Below are positions 50,684 through 63,830 of a DNA stretch of 64,000 nucleotides, piece by piece. Both the position numbers and the translations under genes were made by a program. The DNA comes from an uncultured Acidobacteriota bacterium. GTDB lineage: Bacteria; Acidobacteriota; Vicinamibacteria; Fen-336. The first letter of the stretch is position 1. The number at the start of each line of letters is the position of its first letter. The notes below the pieces were generated by a model. That model was not told the DNA's origin. It ran no database searches and saw only the letters and a list, made by a program, of their open reading frames with translations. The stretch lies in contig OY970399.1 in NCBI GenBank assembly GCA_963720545.1, forward strand, positions 1-64,000, read 5' to 3'.

Positions 50684-50723
50684 ACCAGGACGAGCTGCGC
50701 TCGTGAACCAGGACGAACTGCGC
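50678..50723 (+). repeat. 23-bp tandem duplication of the udg start region
   Basis: TCGTGAACCAGGACGAGCTGCGC then TCGTGAACCAGGACGAACTGCGC (one mismatch). Confidence 0.9.
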
Positions 50724-51419
50724 GCCGACCTGGCCGAGCACGCGAAGTTTTTCGGCGAACTGACGGAGATGGGCGCGCCGCGCATCGCGCCGCCCGCGCG
50801 AACCACACCGGCCGTGCAGCCTGCAACAGCGGCGCGTACCGCGCCTGTTGCGGTTGCGGCCGCCGCACAGGCCGATGCCCTCACGGCGGTGCGGACAGAC
50901 CTCGGCGACTGCACGCGCTGCAAGCTCAGCGGCACTCGCAAGAACATCGTCTTCGGCCAGGGCAACCCCGCCGCGCGCCTGATGTTCGTGGGCGAGGCGC
51001 CGGGCGCCGACGAGGACGAGCAGGGCCTCGCGTTCGTCGGCCGCGCCGGCAAGCTGCTCACCGACATCATCGCCGCGATGGGCTACACGCGCGACGACGT
51101 CTACATCGCCAACATCCTCAAGTGCCGGCCGCCGGGCAACCGCAATCCCGAGCCCGACGAGATCGGCTCCTGCCAGCCGTTCCTCGAGCGCCAGATCGAC
51201 GCGATCAAGCCCGAGGTGCTGGTGGGCCTCGGCAAGTTCCCGGGACAGTGGCTGCTGCGCACCACCGACCCGATCTCGAGGATCCGCGGCGTGCTGGGCG
51301 AGTACCGCGGCATCAAGGTGATGCCCACGTATCATCCGGCCTACCTGCTGCGCAACCCGGCCGCGAAGAAGGACGTGTGGAAGGACATGAAGGTCGTCAT
51401 GTCCTTGCTGCAGGGCTAG
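50703..51419 (+). CDS. Uracil-DNA glycosylase family 4 (4Fe-4S)
   Basis: [40 protein letters not shown]. Confidence 0.93.
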   Translation: MNQDELRADLAEHAKFFGELTEMGAPRIAPPARTTPAVQPATAARTAPVAVAAAAQADALTAVRTDLGDCTRCKLSGTRKNIVFGQGNPAARLMFVGEAPGADEDEQGLAFVGRAGKLLTDIIAAMGYTRDDVYIANILKCRPPGNRNPEPDEIGSCQPFLERQIDAIKPEVLVGLGKFPGQWLLRTTDPISRIRGVLGEYRGIKVMPTYHPAYLLRNPAAKKDVWKDMKVVMSLLQG

Positions 51420-51462
51420 CGTCCGGTCCTTCCCGGGCCTGCGGCGACCGTAGATTGAAGCC

Positions 51463-53686
51463 ATGAGCGCGGCGCAGCCCGAGGAGTCCGTGTCGGTGGC
51501 GGTGCCGCTGCCGGTGCAGGGGCCCTTCGACTACTCGCTGCCGCCCGGCATGGCGGCGCCGGGACGCGGCTGCCGGGTTCGCGTGCCGTTCGGCCCGCGC
51601 AAGCTCGTCGGCGTCGTCACCACGCGACACTCGGGGGACCCTCCTGCCGGCGCGCTGAAGCCGATCCTCGACGTCCTCGACGAGCGCCCCCTGGTTTCCG
51701 AGTCGCTCCTCGATCTCGCGGAGTTCGTCTCCGACCACTACCTGGCGCCCATCGGCGAGTGCTACCGGCTCGTGCTGCCGTTCCACGGCCTGGCCCGTCG
51801 CGGCAAGACCACAGCGGCTCGCGAGGTGCAGCGGGCAGTGCTGGTGACGGACGGCGGCGAGCCGCCTGGCAAGCCGCCGGGCGCAGCTCAGGCGCGCGTC
51901 CTCGCGGCGCTGCGCAGCGCCGGCGGCTCGATGAGCGTCGCCGATCTCGCTCGCGACGACAGTGCGGCACGCGGTGCTTTGCAGCGGCTCGCGGCGAAGG
52001 GCCTCGTGCGGCTCGAGAGCGAACGCGTCATGCGCTCCCCGGCGGTGCTGGCCGGCGAAGGGAAAGCGCCGTTCACGGCTACCGCGGAACAGTTGCAGGC
52101 TGTGGAGGCGATCGCGGCCGGCCTCGCGTCGAACGCATTCGCGCCGTTCCTGCTACACGGCGTCACCGGCAGCGGCAAGACCGAGGTCTACTTCCGCGCC
52201 GCCGAGCTGGCACTCGCCGCTGGCCGGGGCGTCCTCATCCTGGTCCCCGAGATAGCGCTCACGCCGTTCCTGGTGCGCGCCGCGAAGCACCGCTTCGGCG
52301 ATTCGGTGGCGGTGCTGCACAGCGAGCTGTCGATGGGCGAACGGTACGACCAGTGGTGGATGATCCGCGAAGGCCAGAGCCGCGTGGTCGTGGGCGCTCG
52401 TTCGGCGGTGTTCGCACCCATCCCGAACCTCGGGCTCATCTGCGTTGACGAAGAGCATGAGAGCGCCTACAAACAGGAAGAGAACCCGCGCTATCACGGC
52501 CGCGACCTCGCAGTGGCGCGCGCGCAAATGGAGAAGGCGGTGGTGGTGCTGGGTTCGGCGACGCCTTCGGTCGAGTCCTACGACAACGCGGCGAAGGGCA
52601 AGTACACAGAAACTCACACTCAAGCAGCGCGCCGGCGCCTCGGGCCTGCCGGCAGTGTCGATCGTGGACCGCCGTGCCGCGGCGAAGGCTGGTGACGACC
52701 AGTTCCTGACCAGGCCGCTCCGCGAAGCGCTCGAAGCGCGGCTCTCCCGCAAGGAACAGTCTTTGCTGCTCCTCAACCGCCGCGGCTTCGCCACGAGCCT
52801 GCTGTGCCGCGAGTGCGGCGTGCAGCTCAACTGCCAGAACTGTTCAGTGCTGCTCGCCATCCACCACGGCGGCGCGCGCGCGATGTGCCACTACTGTGGC
52901 TTCGAGTGCCAGACCCCGCAGAGCTGCGGCGCCTGCAAGGGCTCGTACATGAAGCTCTCCGGCTATGGCACCGAGCAGCTCGCCGAGATCGTCTCGCGCT
53001 CGTATCCGCAGGCACGAATCGCGCGCCTCGACCGCGACGTGGTGCGCCGCCGCGGCGAGCTCGCGAAGTTGCTGCGCGCCTTCGAGCTGGGCGAAACCGA
53101 CATCCTCGTGGGCACGCAGATGATCGCCAAGGGCCACGACTTCCCGCGCGTCACCCTGGTCGGCGTCGTCGATGCCGATGTTGGGCTCGGCATGCCCGAC
53201 TTCCGCGCAGCCGAACGCACCTTCCAGCTGCTCACCCAGGTCGCCGGCCGCGCCGGGCGCCAGGACCTCGCCGGCGAGGTGATCCTGCAGTCGCACATGC
53301 CCGACCACTACGCGCTGCAGTTCGCGCTCGAGCAGGACTACGAGGGCTTCTTCGCGCGCGAGATCGAGCACCGCGCCACCATGGCCTATCCGCCGCGCGC
53401 CGCCCTCATCAACCTGGTGTTCGCCGCCCGCAAGGCGCAGGACGCGCAGGAGCACTCGGCCTTCGTCGCGCGCGAGCTGCGCGCGCAGGCCAACCGCCGC
53501 TTCATGGTGCTGGGCCCGGCGCGCGCCCCGCTGGCGCGGCTGCGGCAAGACCATCGCTTCCAGATCCTGTTGAAGGGTTCGCGCGCGCCGATGCGCGAGG
53601 CGGTGAAGCGGGTGCTGGTGGCGCGCTTCGGGGCGCAGCGCTGGCCCGGCGTCACGGTAGACGTCGACCCGATCAGCGTGATGTGA
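51463..53686 (+). pseudogene. priA: Primosomal protein N' with a +1 frameshift at about 52606 (probably assembly error)
   Basis: LHGVTGSGKTEVY, PEIALT, DEEHE.AYKQ, GSATPS in one frame; LNRRG, CxxC zinc motifs, GTQMIAKGHDFP, QVAGRAGR in the next. Confidence 0.9.
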
Positions 53687-54578
53687 AGAGTTCGCGGAAC
53701 AGCGCGCCGGCGTCGTGCCAGTTGAGCAGGAACGGGCTGGGCAGGAACGAGACCACGAACACGGCGAGGCCGAAGAGCGCCACCAGCGGGCGGCCGCGGC
53801 CGATGGGGGAGTACTCGTCGATTGCGCGCGGGTGGCGGAAGCCGAGGATGCGCATCAGTACGACCCAAAGGATGAAGGTCGGCCCGAACCACAGGATCAT
53901 CGCGATCGCCGCCCACCAGACTGCCCTCGAGATCTTCTCGGCGCGGCTGCCGAAGAGCGCGTGGGTGACGTGGCCACCGTCGAGCTGGCCCACCGGCATC
54001 AGGTTGAGGGCGGTCACCAGCAAGCCGAACCAGGCGGCGAGCCAGAACGGGCCCGCGAGCGTCACCGTGCCGGCGGGCGCGGGACGCAGCAGCGCGAACG
54101 CCCACTGCATCAGCAGCGGCTCGCCGAAGGTGATGCCGCCCTCCATGGCCTGCGCCTGCGCCAGCGGAATGAAGCGCGCCTCGTGAACGCCGAGCCACAG
54201 CACCGGCAGCAGTGCCACGAATCCGGCGAGCGGGCCGGCGATGCCGATGTCGAACAGCGCCTTGCGGTTGGGAAACGGGCTGCGGATGCGGATGACGGCG
54301 CCGAAGGTCCCTATGAAGCTGAGGGGCAGCCAGGGTGCCGCCCAGCTGAAGGCAACCGGAATCCAGGGCGAGGGGATGAAGAAGGGCAGGGTCGCGTCCA
54401 CTCGGTAGTAGCGGCAGGCGAGGTAGTGGCCCATCTCGTGGCAGAAAAGGATCGGGATGAGGCCGAGGGCGAGGTGGAAGCCGGACGACCACTGGCCGTC
54501 GAGCCTGCCGGCGAACACGACCGACACGATCGTGAGGATGAACAGCACGGCGTGACGGCCGTACCGCTGCCACGTCAA
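53673..54578 (-). CDS. Site-2 protease (peptidase M50)
   Basis: HEMGH, IGIAGP, NLMPVGQLDGGH. Confidence 0.92.
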   Translation of the reverse strand: MTWQRYGRHAVLFILTIVSVVFAGRLDGQWSSGFHLALGLIPILFCHEMGHYLACRYYRVDATLPFFIPSPWIPVAFSWAAPWLPLSFIGTFGAVIRIRSPFPNRKALFDIGIAGPLAGFVALLPVLWLGVHEARFIPLAQAQAMEGGITFGEPLLMQWAFALLRPAPAGTVTLAGPFWLAAWFGLLVTALNLMPVGQLDGGHVTHALFGSRAEKISRAVWWAAIAMILWFGPTFILWVVLMRILGFRHPRAIDEYSPIGRGRPLVALFGLAVFVVSFLPSPFLLNWHDAGALFRELFTSR

Positions 54579-54590
54579 GGGGAGCGCCGC

Positions 54591-54863
54591 TTACTGGGGG
54601 AGCTGCTGGAGGTCTTTGCCGGGCTTGAAGCGGATGGTGCGCCCCGGCGGGATGCGCACCTCCTTGCCGGTGCGCGGGTTGCGGCCGATGCCGCGCTTCC
54701 GCGGCTTCACCTGGAACACGCCGAACCCCCGCAATTCGATCCGCTCGCCACGCATCATCGACGCCTTCATCGCATCGAGAACCGCCTCGACCGCATGCTC
54801 GGCGCGCACCTTGGTGATGTCCGCGGCGCGCGAAACCTCGTTGATGATGTCCATCTTGATCAT
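54591..54863 (-). CDS. HU/IHF family DNA-binding protein
   Basis: GERIELRGFGVF, GRNPRTG, FKPGKDL. Confidence 0.92.
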   Translation of the reverse strand: MIKMDIINEVSRAADITKVRAEHAVEAVLDAMKASMMRGERIELRGFGVFQVKPRKRGIGRNPRTGKEVRIPPGRTIRFKPGKDLQQLPQ

Positions 54864-54894
54864 GGGGGACTGGCGCTCCTTGGACGGTACCCGT

Positions 54895-54924
54895 ATTATG
54901 TGACTCCGCCGCAAGCAGTGTCAA
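54895..54924 (-). promoter_or_regulatory. Sigma70-type promoter of the HU gene
   Basis: Minus strand TTGACA-18 bp-CATAAT. Confidence 0.6.
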
Positions 54925-54946
54925 ATAAAGGATTTAGCGCCCTTCA

Positions 54947-56263
54947 ATGATCCCGATCCCGAAAGTAGCACTGGTTGGCCGGCCCAACGTGGGCAAGTCG
55001 ACCCTCTTCAACCGGATCGCGGGGCGCCGCAAGGCAATCGTCGATTCGCGCCCCGGCTCGACCCGGGACCGAAACTACGCCCATGTGACCTGGGCCGGAG
55101 TGCCCTTCGAGCTGGTCGACACCGGCGGGCTGCTGCTCGGGAGCCCGGATCCACTCCTGGGGCCGGCAGAGGAACAGGCCAAGCGGGCCATCGGCGAAGC
55201 GGAGGCCGTGATCTTCATGGTCGACGCACGTGCGGGCCTCCTGCCCGATGACGTCGGCATCGCCAAGGATCTGCGCAAGACCGGGAAGAAGGTGATCCTT
55301 GCCCTCAACAAGGTCGAGGGCAAGGCGCCCGACCTGTCCGAGTTCACGCGGCTCGGCTTCGACCCGATCTTCGTCATCTCAGCCGAACACGGCCTCGCCG
55401 TGGGCGACCTGCTGGACGCCGCCATCGAGGACCTGCCGCGTGCCGAAGTGCCGGAAGACGACAACAAGACGCTGCGTGTCGCGATCGTCGGCCGACCCAA
55501 CGTCGGCAAGTCGTCGCTCCTCAACTGCATCGTCGGCGACGAGCGCGCGCTGGTGTCGCCGGTGGCGGGCACCACCCGCGACGCCGTCGACAGCCTCTAC
55601 GTGAAGGGCGAAAGGCGCATGCTGTTCGTGGACACGGCCGGCATTCGCAAGCAGAAGGCGCTCGCCTCGACGGTCGACCACGTGAGCGTGCTGCAGGCGA
55701 AGCGCTCCATCGAACGCTCCCACGTCGCGGTGGTGCTGGTGGACGGCGGCACCGGCGTCCACGACATGGACGCGACCATCGCCGGCTACATCCAGGACGC
55801 GCGCCGCCCGGCGGTGATCGCACTCAACAAATCGGACCTGTTGTCGGGGAACAAGGGCGCGACGAAAAAGAGCGAGGAGGAAATCCGCTACGCGATTCGC
55901 TTCCTCGCCTACGCGCCGATCGTGCCGATCTCCGCGCTGCAAGGTCGCGGCATCGGCGTGCTGCTGCGCACCGTCGAGAGGGTGCGCGCGGCCGCGATGA
56001 CGCGCGTCGCGACCGGGCCGCTCAACCGGCTCATGCAGAAGGCGACGGCCGAGCACCCGCCGAAGACCGCGAAGGGGAACAAGGCGGTGCATGTGATGTA
56101 CGCCACACAGACCGGCATCGACCCGCCGACCTTCCTCATTACGCTCAACCACGACGTCGAACTGCACTTCTCCTACGAGCGCTATCTGCAGAACCGGATC
56201 CGCCAGGAATTCGGGTTCGAGGGCGCCCCGATCGTGCTGCGGGTGCGTGTGCGGCGCCACTAA
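54947..56263 (+). CDS. der: Ribosome biogenesis GTPase Der (EngA)
   Basis: Two GRPNVGKS G-domains, DTGG/DTAG, C-terminal KH-like domain with FGFEGAPI. Confidence 0.96.
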   Translation: MIPIPKVALVGRPNVGKSTLFNRIAGRRKAIVDSRPGSTRDRNYAHVTWAGVPFELVDTGGLLLGSPDPLLGPAEEQAKRAIGEAEAVIFMVDARAGLLPDDVGIAKDLRKTGKKVILALNKVEGKAPDLSEFTRLGFDPIFVISAEHGLAVGDLLDAAIEDLPRAEVPEDDNKTLRVAIVGRPNVGKSSLLNCIVGDERALVSPVAGTTRDAVDSLYVKGERRMLFVDTAGIRKQKALASTVDHVSVLQAKRSIERSHVAVVLVDGGTGVHDMDATIAGYIQDARRPAVIALNKSDLLSGNKGATKKSEEEIRYAIRFLAYAPIVPISALQGRGIGVLLRTVERVRAAAMTRVATGPLNRLMQKATAEHPPKTAKGNKAVHVMYATQTGIDPPTFLITLNHDVELHFSYERYLQNRIRQEFGFEGAPIVLRVRVRRH

Positions 56264-56277
56264 AGTCAATCGCTGCC

Positions 56278-56306
56278 TTGACACGCCCGGTCACGATTCA
56301 TAAGCT
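56278..56306 (+). promoter_or_regulatory. Sigma70-type promoter of ihfA
   Basis: TTGACA-17 bp-TAAGCT. Confidence 0.6.
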
Positions 56307-56350
56307 GCTTTAGCCGTTGAGGCCGAAGCGCTTGAAATCTCTGGGTTTTT

Positions 56351-56641
56351 ATGACGAAAGCGGGGATCGCACGCATTGTCTATGAGTGCCACGGCGGGCT
56401 TTCCAACAGGGAGGCGGCCCGGCTCGTGGACCTCCTTTTCGACTTGATCCGCGCTCGCCTCGCAACCACCGGCAAGGTCCAGATCACGGGTTTCGGCACG
56501 TTCCTGGTGCGCGAGAAGCGCGAGCGCAAGGGCCGCAACCCGCAAACCGGCGAGGAGATCCTGATACGCAGCCGCCGCTCGGTCGTGTTCCGCGCCTCGA
56601 AGCTGCACTTCGGCTCCGGTAAGTCGCAGGTGGTGGCCTGA
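56351..56641 (+). CDS. ihfA: Integration host factor alpha subunit
   Basis: [42 protein letters not shown]; ihfA-merR-tRNA-Pro synteny. Confidence 0.88.
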   Translation: MTKAGIARIVYECHGGLSNREAARLVDLLFDLIRARLATTGKVQITGFGTFLVREKRERKGRNPQTGEEILIRSRRSVVFRASKLHFGSGKSQVVA

Positions 56642-57114
56642 TGGCCGCGGTGGACACCCGCAAGATCCCGAACAAGCTGTTCTTCAAGATCGGCGAGGTC
56701 TGCGAACTCACCGACACCCAGCCGTACGTACTGCGCTACTGGGAGTCGGAATTCCCGTCGCTGGCACCCGCGAAGAACAGCTCCGGGCAGCGCATCTATC
56801 GCCGCCGCGACATCGAGACGGTGCTGCACATCAAGCAGCTGCTCTACGAGGAGGGCTTCACCATCGCCGGCGCGAAGAAGAAGATCGAAGCCGACGCGGG
56901 CAAGCCGGACGCCGGCGACAAGGATCCGAAGCAGGATTCGCTCCTTGACGATGCCGACGTGGATGCGGAAGAAGACGAAGCAGCACGGCAGGGGAGCAAG
57001 ACACCAGTGACCACAGTCAAAGTGAACCGCAACAACGAGCGCGTGTTGCGCGAAGTCCGCGCGCAACTGGCCGAAATATTGACTCTCCTCAAGTCGGGTG
57101 ACAAAATCTCCTGA
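56641..57114 (+). CDS. MerR-family transcriptional regulator
   Basis: [12 protein letters not shown]...[27 protein letters not shown]. Confidence 0.92.
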   Translation: MAAVDTRKIPNKLFFKIGEVCELTDTQPYVLRYWESEFPSLAPAKNSSGQRIYRRRDIETVLHIKQLLYEEGFTIAGAKKKIEADAGKPDAGDKDPKQDSLLDDADVDAEEDEAARQGSKTPVTTVKVNRNNERVLREVRAQLAEILTLLKSGDKIS

Positions 57115-57121
57115 GTTCTTG

Positions 57122-57198
57122 CGGGATGTAGCGCAGCCTGGTAGCGCACCTGCTTGGGGTGCAGGTGGTCGGAGGTTCAAATCCTCTCATCCCGACCA
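57122..57198 (+). tRNA. tRNA-Pro(GGG)
   Basis: CGGGATG...CCTGC-TTGGGGT-GCAGG...GGTTCAAATCC...CATCCCGACCA. Confidence 0.97.
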
Positions 57199-57274
57199 TT
57201 CTTTCGAAGTCGCAGTCGCAAGTTCGTTCCCGAGTCGTTCTCGTATCCGTACGGTGCAGTCGTTCCCACCGCTT

Positions 57275-57352
<78 letters not shown>

Positions 57353-57388
57353 CTTTTATCCTTTATCTGCAGGCACGCCCCCGCGCCA

Positions 57389-57700
57389 TTAGATCGCGCC
57401 CCACTTGTGGGCAACTAGACCGCAGATGGCTCCGCCGATAATGCCGAGCAAGACTATCGGCGCGTAGGCTTTCGTCACCACAGCGCTCGGCAGGCTAACC
57501 AAGAGACCGACGATGGCTCCAGCAGCCCAAGATGGAAATGGCATCCTGACCTGTGCAGCGAGAAAGCCAATGGCGAAACGGTCAAGAAACGCTGCGGCGA
57601 GAGCTGCCCGCTTGTCGGGAAAGCTCATAGGCAGCATGAGAACGACATCGAGCGCGCCGAAACCGAGCCCAATCAAAATACCGAGCAAAAGTCGGTTCAT
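57389..57700 (-). CDS. Small 4-TM membrane protein
   Basis: GGAGG RBS; four hydrophobic segments. Confidence 0.7.
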   Translation of the reverse strand: MNRLLLGILIGLGFGALDVVLMLPMSFPDKRAALAAAFLDRFAIGFLAAQVRMPFPSWAAGAIVGLLVSLPSAVVTKAYAPIVLLGIIGGAICGLVAHKWGAI

Positions 57701-57831
57701 AGCTCCCTCCAACGATGCGCGATCGCTGGCTACTGTAGCAGCGGGACGTTCAACTACCGCTACAAGGCTAGTAAGCCCACGTAGGCCCAAGCTAGAGCTA
57801 CTATGGCGGCATTCAGTCGAGGGAGGGCGCT

Positions 57832-58311
57832 ATGAGGGTTGGAACGACGTTCGTGTTCGGCTGCTTGCTCTGCGTCGCAGTCCTGGCGGGACAGGCACTG
57901 AGTGTTCCAGACACCGACGAGATCGCAGCGGCCAAGAAGGAGTTGATCCAACTGGAACACGACTGGACCAAAGCCAGCATGACACGGGACCGCGCATGGC
58001 TTGAATCGTTCATCGCAGACGAGGCCACATTGACCCACCCGACGAGTGGCACAATCAAGAACAAGGCTCGCGAGGTGGCCGATACGGTCGATGCGGGGCA
58101 GGCAGTGGAAGAGATGACGCTTTCGCACGCCTCCGCCATTGTGTTCGGGAGTCCACCAACAGTCGGAGTAGTCACGGGCAGGTCATCGGAGAGCGGCGGT
58201 GGCGGTCACCTTACGGATCGGCACCGCGTTTACCTGTTTACGGACACGTTTCTGAAGCGCGGGGGCCGGTGGCAGCTCGTCGCGTCGCACTCTTCGCGAG
58301 TTGCTGAGTAG
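57832..58311 (+). CDS. DUF4440/NTF2-like secreted protein
   Basis: LIQLEHDW..A...D, FTDTFLKRGGRWQLVASHSS; signal peptide. Confidence 0.8.
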   Translation: MRVGTTFVFGCLLCVAVLAGQALSVPDTDEIAAAKKELIQLEHDWTKASMTRDRAWLESFIADEATLTHPTSGTIKNKAREVADTVDAGQAVEEMTLSHASAIVFGSPPTVGVVTGRSSESGGGGHLTDRHRVYLFTDTFLKRGGRWQLVASHSSRVAE

Positions 58312-58449
58312 AGAGAGACAGGTGGGGTCCGGACCCCCGAGCGATCCTGATCACGAAGTCCCGGTCTCGGCCTCAGCAACCAAGCGATGTGGGCTTCGGT
58401 CCAACCACCTGCAAAGGTAGCGACGTGCCATTTGGTGCGCCGCTCGTTT

Positions 58450-58984
58450 CTACCGGCCACCCGCCCGCGCTTCACGGGCTGTGCGTGCGTCGTAGCTCTC
58501 GCCGTAGATCGACGGGACCACCGCGCCCATCGGCCGTAGGTACATCGAGAGCTGCCCGCGGTGGTGGACCGTATGGTTGAGGCCGATCCGCAGGAACACC
58601 ACGGCCAGGGAACTTGAGGATGCCGCGGAAGTCGATCAGCCGCGCCAGGCCGGCGCCTGGGACCGCCTTCAGGCGGTCGACCAGCCTTGGCAGGCGCTCG
58701 TCGTACCACGCGTTGACGTCGGCCGGCGTGCGAATGGCATCGGGGCGGGGCCGGGGCGTCAGGTCGAACGCGCCATCGATGACCGCTTCCAGGAAGCGGT
58801 TCTCCGCCATCACGATGTGCCAGGCCAGCTCGATCGCGCTCCGCGTGACCGGGTCGGGCGTGTAGTCGCACTTGTCGGGGGGGATGGCGGCGATGACCGA
58901 CCGAGTGACCGGCCGCTCGGCCTCGATGGACGACAGCTCCACCGCTAGGAGCATTTGTGCCTGTTCGGGAGTGAAGTCGCTCAT
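58450..58984 (-). pseudogene. DinB/DUF664 family protein with a +1 frameshift at about 58606
   Basis: RSAIELAWHI in one frame; after removing one base it reads LNHTVHHRGQLSMYLRPMG..VPSIYG to TAG at 58450-58452. Confidence 0.85.
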
Positions 58985-59173
58985 GGAGACATCCTACTTC
59001 CGAGGACTGAATCAGGTCGCGGCAAGTTTGTGGCCAGGCTTTCCGGTAAACGCTGGTCGTTTCTCGGCCCTCGCGTACGGATCCCACAATCCCCCTGATG
59101 TTTCGGGGTGTACCATCCGCCATCCAGACCTGACGAAGCGTTGCAGCGTGCCCGTCCGAATGGAGGAGACAAC

Positions 59174-60778
59174 GTGGCACAGTCGCAGCTCACACTGATT
59201 CCGCTGCTGGAGCGTGCCGGCAAGCTGTTTCCCAGAGCGGAGATCGTTTCCCAGCTTCCCGACAACTCGACGCACCGCTACACCTACGCCGATTTGTACC
59301 GGCGGGCGCGGGCGCTGGCGGCGGGGCTGCAGGGCTGTGGTCTGCGGCCGCGCGACCGGGTGGCGACGCTGATGTGGAATCATCATCGCCACCTCGAGGC
59401 CTACTTCGCGGTGCCGGTCGTTGGTGGCGTCCTGCACACCCTCAACCTGCGCCTGCACCCGGAGGAGCTGGCCTACATCGTCAAGAACGCCGAGGACCGC
59501 TTCCTGATCGTGGACGACGTCCTGCTGCCGGTCTTCGAGAAGATCAAGCACCTCGTGAGTTTCGAGCGGGTCATCGTGACGCCGTTCAGCGGCGAGCCCG
59601 TGCCTTCAGGCTGCGAGGACTATGAGTTGCTGCTGCAGAGCGGCGGCAGTCCCGTGTATGCAAACCTCGATGAAAACGACCCCGCGGGCATGTGCTACAC
59701 CTCGGGGACGACGGGCACGCCGAAGGGCGTCGTCTACTCCCATAGGGCGATCTCGCTGCACTCGTTGGCGATTTCACTGCCGGACAACTTCGCCATCACC
59801 CGCCACGACACGATCCTGCCGGCGATGTCCATGTTTCACGCCAATGCCTGGGGAATCCCGTACGCCGCCGTCATGAACGGCAGCAATCTCGTGTTACCAG
59901 GGCCGAATCTCCAACCCGAACGGATCCTCGACGCGCTGGCGAGCAATCAGGTCACGCTGACGGGCGGCGTGCCGACGATCTGGCTCGGTGTCATCGACGC
60001 GTTGGAGAAGGAACCGGACCGCTGGCAGCTCGCGGCAGGCGCGCGCGTGGTGGTGGCTGGCTCGGCGGCGCCAGAGGCGCTGTTCCGCCGTTTCGACCGG
60101 TTCGGCGTGCGCGTGATTCAGCCCTGGGGCATGACGGAAACGACGCCGATTGCAACGATCTGCACGCTCAAGCCGGACATGCATTCCTGGTCCGACGATC
60201 GACAGTATGAGCTGCGGGCCAAGCAGGGCCTGCCCGCGCCGTTTATCGAGATCCGCGCGATGGGCGACAACGGCGAGGTGCCTTGGGACGGTCAGACCCA
60301 GGGAGACCTGGAGGTACGCGGCCCGTGGGTCGCGGCCAGTTACTACATGCGCCCCGAGGAGAGCGGCAAATGGTCAGAGGACGGCTGGTTCCAGACCGGC
60401 GACGTCGCTACCATCGATCCGGACGGGTACATGAAGATCACGGACCGGTCCAAGGACCTGATCAAGTCGGGCGGTGAATGGATCAGCTCGGTCGATCTGG
60501 AAAATGCGCTCGTCGCTCATCCGTGTGTGGCCGAAGCAGCCGTGATTGCCATCGCCGATCCAAAGTGGCAGGAGCGGCCCCTGGCAGTGGTGGTGCTGAA
60601 AGGTGAGTCCACGGCTACGGACGACGAGTTGCGTTCGTTTCTCGCCTGCAAGTTCGCGAAGTGGCAACTGCCGGACCATTTCCTCTTCGTTCTCGAGCTC
60701 CCGCACACGTCTACCGGGAAGCTGCTGAAATCGGAACTGCGCCACCGCTACAAGGACTGGCTCAGCGTCGATGGGTGA
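59174..60778 (+). CDS. Medium/long-chain fatty-acid-CoA ligase
   Basis: [65 protein letters not shown] and GTG start. Confidence 0.92.
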   Translation: MAQSQLTLIPLLERAGKLFPRAEIVSQLPDNSTHRYTYADLYRRARALAAGLQGCGLRPRDRVATLMWNHHRHLEAYFAVPVVGGVLHTLNLRLHPEELAYIVKNAEDRFLIVDDVLLPVFEKIKHLVSFERVIVTPFSGEPVPSGCEDYELLLQSGGSPVYANLDENDPAGMCYTSGTTGTPKGVVYSHRAISLHSLAISLPDNFAITRHDTILPAMSMFHANAWGIPYAAVMNGSNLVLPGPNLQPERILDALASNQVTLTGGVPTIWLGVIDALEKEPDRWQLAAGARVVVAGSAAPEALFRRFDRFGVRVIQPWGMTETTPIATICTLKPDMHSWSDDRQYELRAKQGLPAPFIEIRAMGDNGEVPWDGQTQGDLEVRGPWVAASYYMRPEESGKWSEDGWFQTGDVATIDPDGYMKITDRSKDLIKSGGEWISSVDLENALVAHPCVAEAAVIAIADPKWQERPLAVVVLKGESTATDDELRSFLACKFAKWQLPDHFLFVLELPHTSTGKLLKSELRHRYKDWLSVDG

Positions 60779-60820
60779 AAGTAGCGAGACCCGCGACTTC
60801 AGAGCCGTCTTAACGCGAAG

Positions 60821-61928
60821 TTAATCCAGCTTCTTCTCCGCGAGATAACGGGAGAGGAGATCCGCGATCTGGGTGTTGTTGAGGTCGGACATCGGGAAGT
60901 GCGTGTTTCCCCGGATACCCTGCTCCGGAAGGTGGACCAGAGTGACGTCCCCGCCTCTGCGATTTACCGCATCTCGCCAATGCCTGGCCATGGCCAGGAA
61001 CGTCCGCCACTGGTCCGGGCCCGGCTCCGCGGTCGGCTTTTCGGGGATGTTGTCGCCGTAGTACACAACGATCGGGATCTTCGTGAGGAGCATGAAGTCT
61101 GCAGCAGGCACGGTAGGAGGCACTAGCCTGGTCCCGCTCGCAAACGTCACGGGCGGCGGCGGTTCACCATCCGGGAAAGGGAAGTTGCCGCCCGGTTCAT
61201 AGGACACTACGGCGCGCACATTCCGGTTCTTGATGACCGTCCTCCAGCCGAGGCTGCCGCTCTGCGAGTGGGTGAGGAGGATCCCGCGACCAATCCGGTC
61301 GAAGAGAGCCGACACGGCGTCCGCGTTCACTTCCGCGTCGAATGGCCCGGTGTTCGGCACCATTTGACGAAAGAACTGGTCGAGTGCTTCTGGCTTCTGC
61401 GAGAACTGCACGCCCGGGAACAGGTTCGGCCACACGCCAAGGCGGAAGATCCCGAACCACAGCTGCTCGTCGGGCGCTGCAGGGAGGTTCAGCGGCACCG
61501 TGCTGCGTGACGCCCGTCCACGCCGTGGCTGGTCGACGAGGTACACGGAGAATCGCCGTCGAAGGAAGATGTTCTGGAATCCCTCGCGACCATCGGGCGT
61601 CGTCTCCCATGTCTTCGCGGACTCCCCATGGCCGTGCCACATCACGAGAGGCAGCGGACGAGCGTTAACCGGCACCTGATAGAACACGTACGCGTGATCG
61701 CCGTGCAGGGTCTGTCCCGCCACGCTCTGGTCGGCAGGGTTGTAGGCCCCGTGCGCGCAGCGGGTCGAAGGTTCCGGGAGCCGACACCACTGTTCCCCCG
61801 ACGGCGAAGCTCCCTTGCTCCTCGATGACCAGTGGAGGCCGCTTCTCGGTCCCAGTGACGGCCGCGGTGACGATTCCCAGGAGGCCAGCGCCGAGCAACG
61901 CGAACCGGGAGGCTTGGTACCAACTCAT
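60821..61928 (-). pseudogene. Secreted alpha/beta hydrolase with a +1 frameshift at about 61757
   Basis: EQGSFAVGG N-terminal part in one frame; GQTLHGDH, WETTPDGREGF, THSQSG, GNTHFPMSD in the next. Confidence 0.85.
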
Positions 61929-61936
61929 CGCTCCCC

Positions 61937-62797
61937 TCACTTCTTCTCGAATACTTCCCTGGCCACAGTAACCGCGGTGATGGCGCTCGGCCAGCCGGCG
62001 TAGAAGGCGAGGTGCGTGATCGTCTCGACGAGCTCGGCCTCCGTCACGCCGTTGTCGCGGGCACGAACCAGGTGAGAGCGAAGCTGATCGGGACGATTCA
62101 TGGCGACCAGGGCACTGACCGTTACCAGGCTGCGGTCGCGCGGCGACAGCTGTGGTCGCGCCCAGACGTCACCAAACAAGACATCGTCGGTCAGCTGGAC
62201 CAGCTTGGGCGAGAAGTCTCCGATCAGGCGCTGCGCGGGCGTCGGCTGCCCAGTCTCTCCGGCCCCCGCTGATGGTGAGGACGCTCCACGGATCGCGCCG
62301 CGATACTGCTCATCGGTAACCTTCTCCATCCAGTCGGTACTTTTGCCATCGAGCTTCTCGACGATTGCTATATGCGACATACCGGTCGTGGACGATGCGC
62401 CGTGCCAGTGTTTCTGCCCAGGCGGAATCCAGACGATGTCGCCGGAACGGATCTCGTCGATGGGATCGCCCCACCGCTGCACCCGTCCAAGTCCACTCGT
62501 GACAACGAGCGTTTGCCCAAGCGGATGGCTGTGCCAGGCTGTCCTTGCTCCAGGTTCGAACGTCACGCGCCCTCCTGATGCGCGGCCCGGCGCGCTCGCC
62601 TCGAACGCTTGGTCAACACGTACGGACCCGGTGAAGTTTTCGACCGGACCCTGGCGCGCGACCTGCGTCTCGCTGTGGGTGACTGCGATGAGTTTCTCGT
62701 TCGCTTCTATCGTTTGTTCTTTGGCAAGTTGCTGGGCGGCCAGGGGCACCGCAACGCACGCCATCATTGCCACCAGGACTGCAGCGGTCGATCTCAT
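61937..62797 (-). CDS. Cupin plus carboxymuconolactone-decarboxylase (CMD) fusion with signal peptide
   Basis: [52 protein letters not shown]. Confidence 0.9.
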   Translation of the reverse strand: MRSTAAVLVAMMACVAVPLAAQQLAKEQTIEANEKLIAVTHSETQVARQGPVENFTGSVRVDQAFEASAPGRASGGRVTFEPGARTAWHSHPLGQTLVVTSGLGRVQRWGDPIDEIRSGDIVWIPPGQKHWHGASSTTGMSHIAIVEKLDGKSTDWMEKVTDEQYRGAIRGASSPSAGAGETGQPTPAQRLIGDFSPKLVQLTDDVLFGDVWARPQLSPRDRSLVTVSALVAMNRPDQLRSHLVRARDNGVTEAELVETITHLAFYAGWPSAITAVTVAREVFEKK

Positions 62798-62805
62798 CGC
62801 AATAG

Positions 62806-63830
<1,025 letters not shown>

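Noticed and set aside
52595..52620. Programmed ribosomal frameshift in priA
   Set aside because: No canonical slippery heptamer; four other +1 breaks in the window favour sequencing error
58324..58337. Palindrome GGGGTCCGGACCCC as a mobile-element end
   Set aside because: Single copy with no transposase; may be a REP-like or terminator remnant
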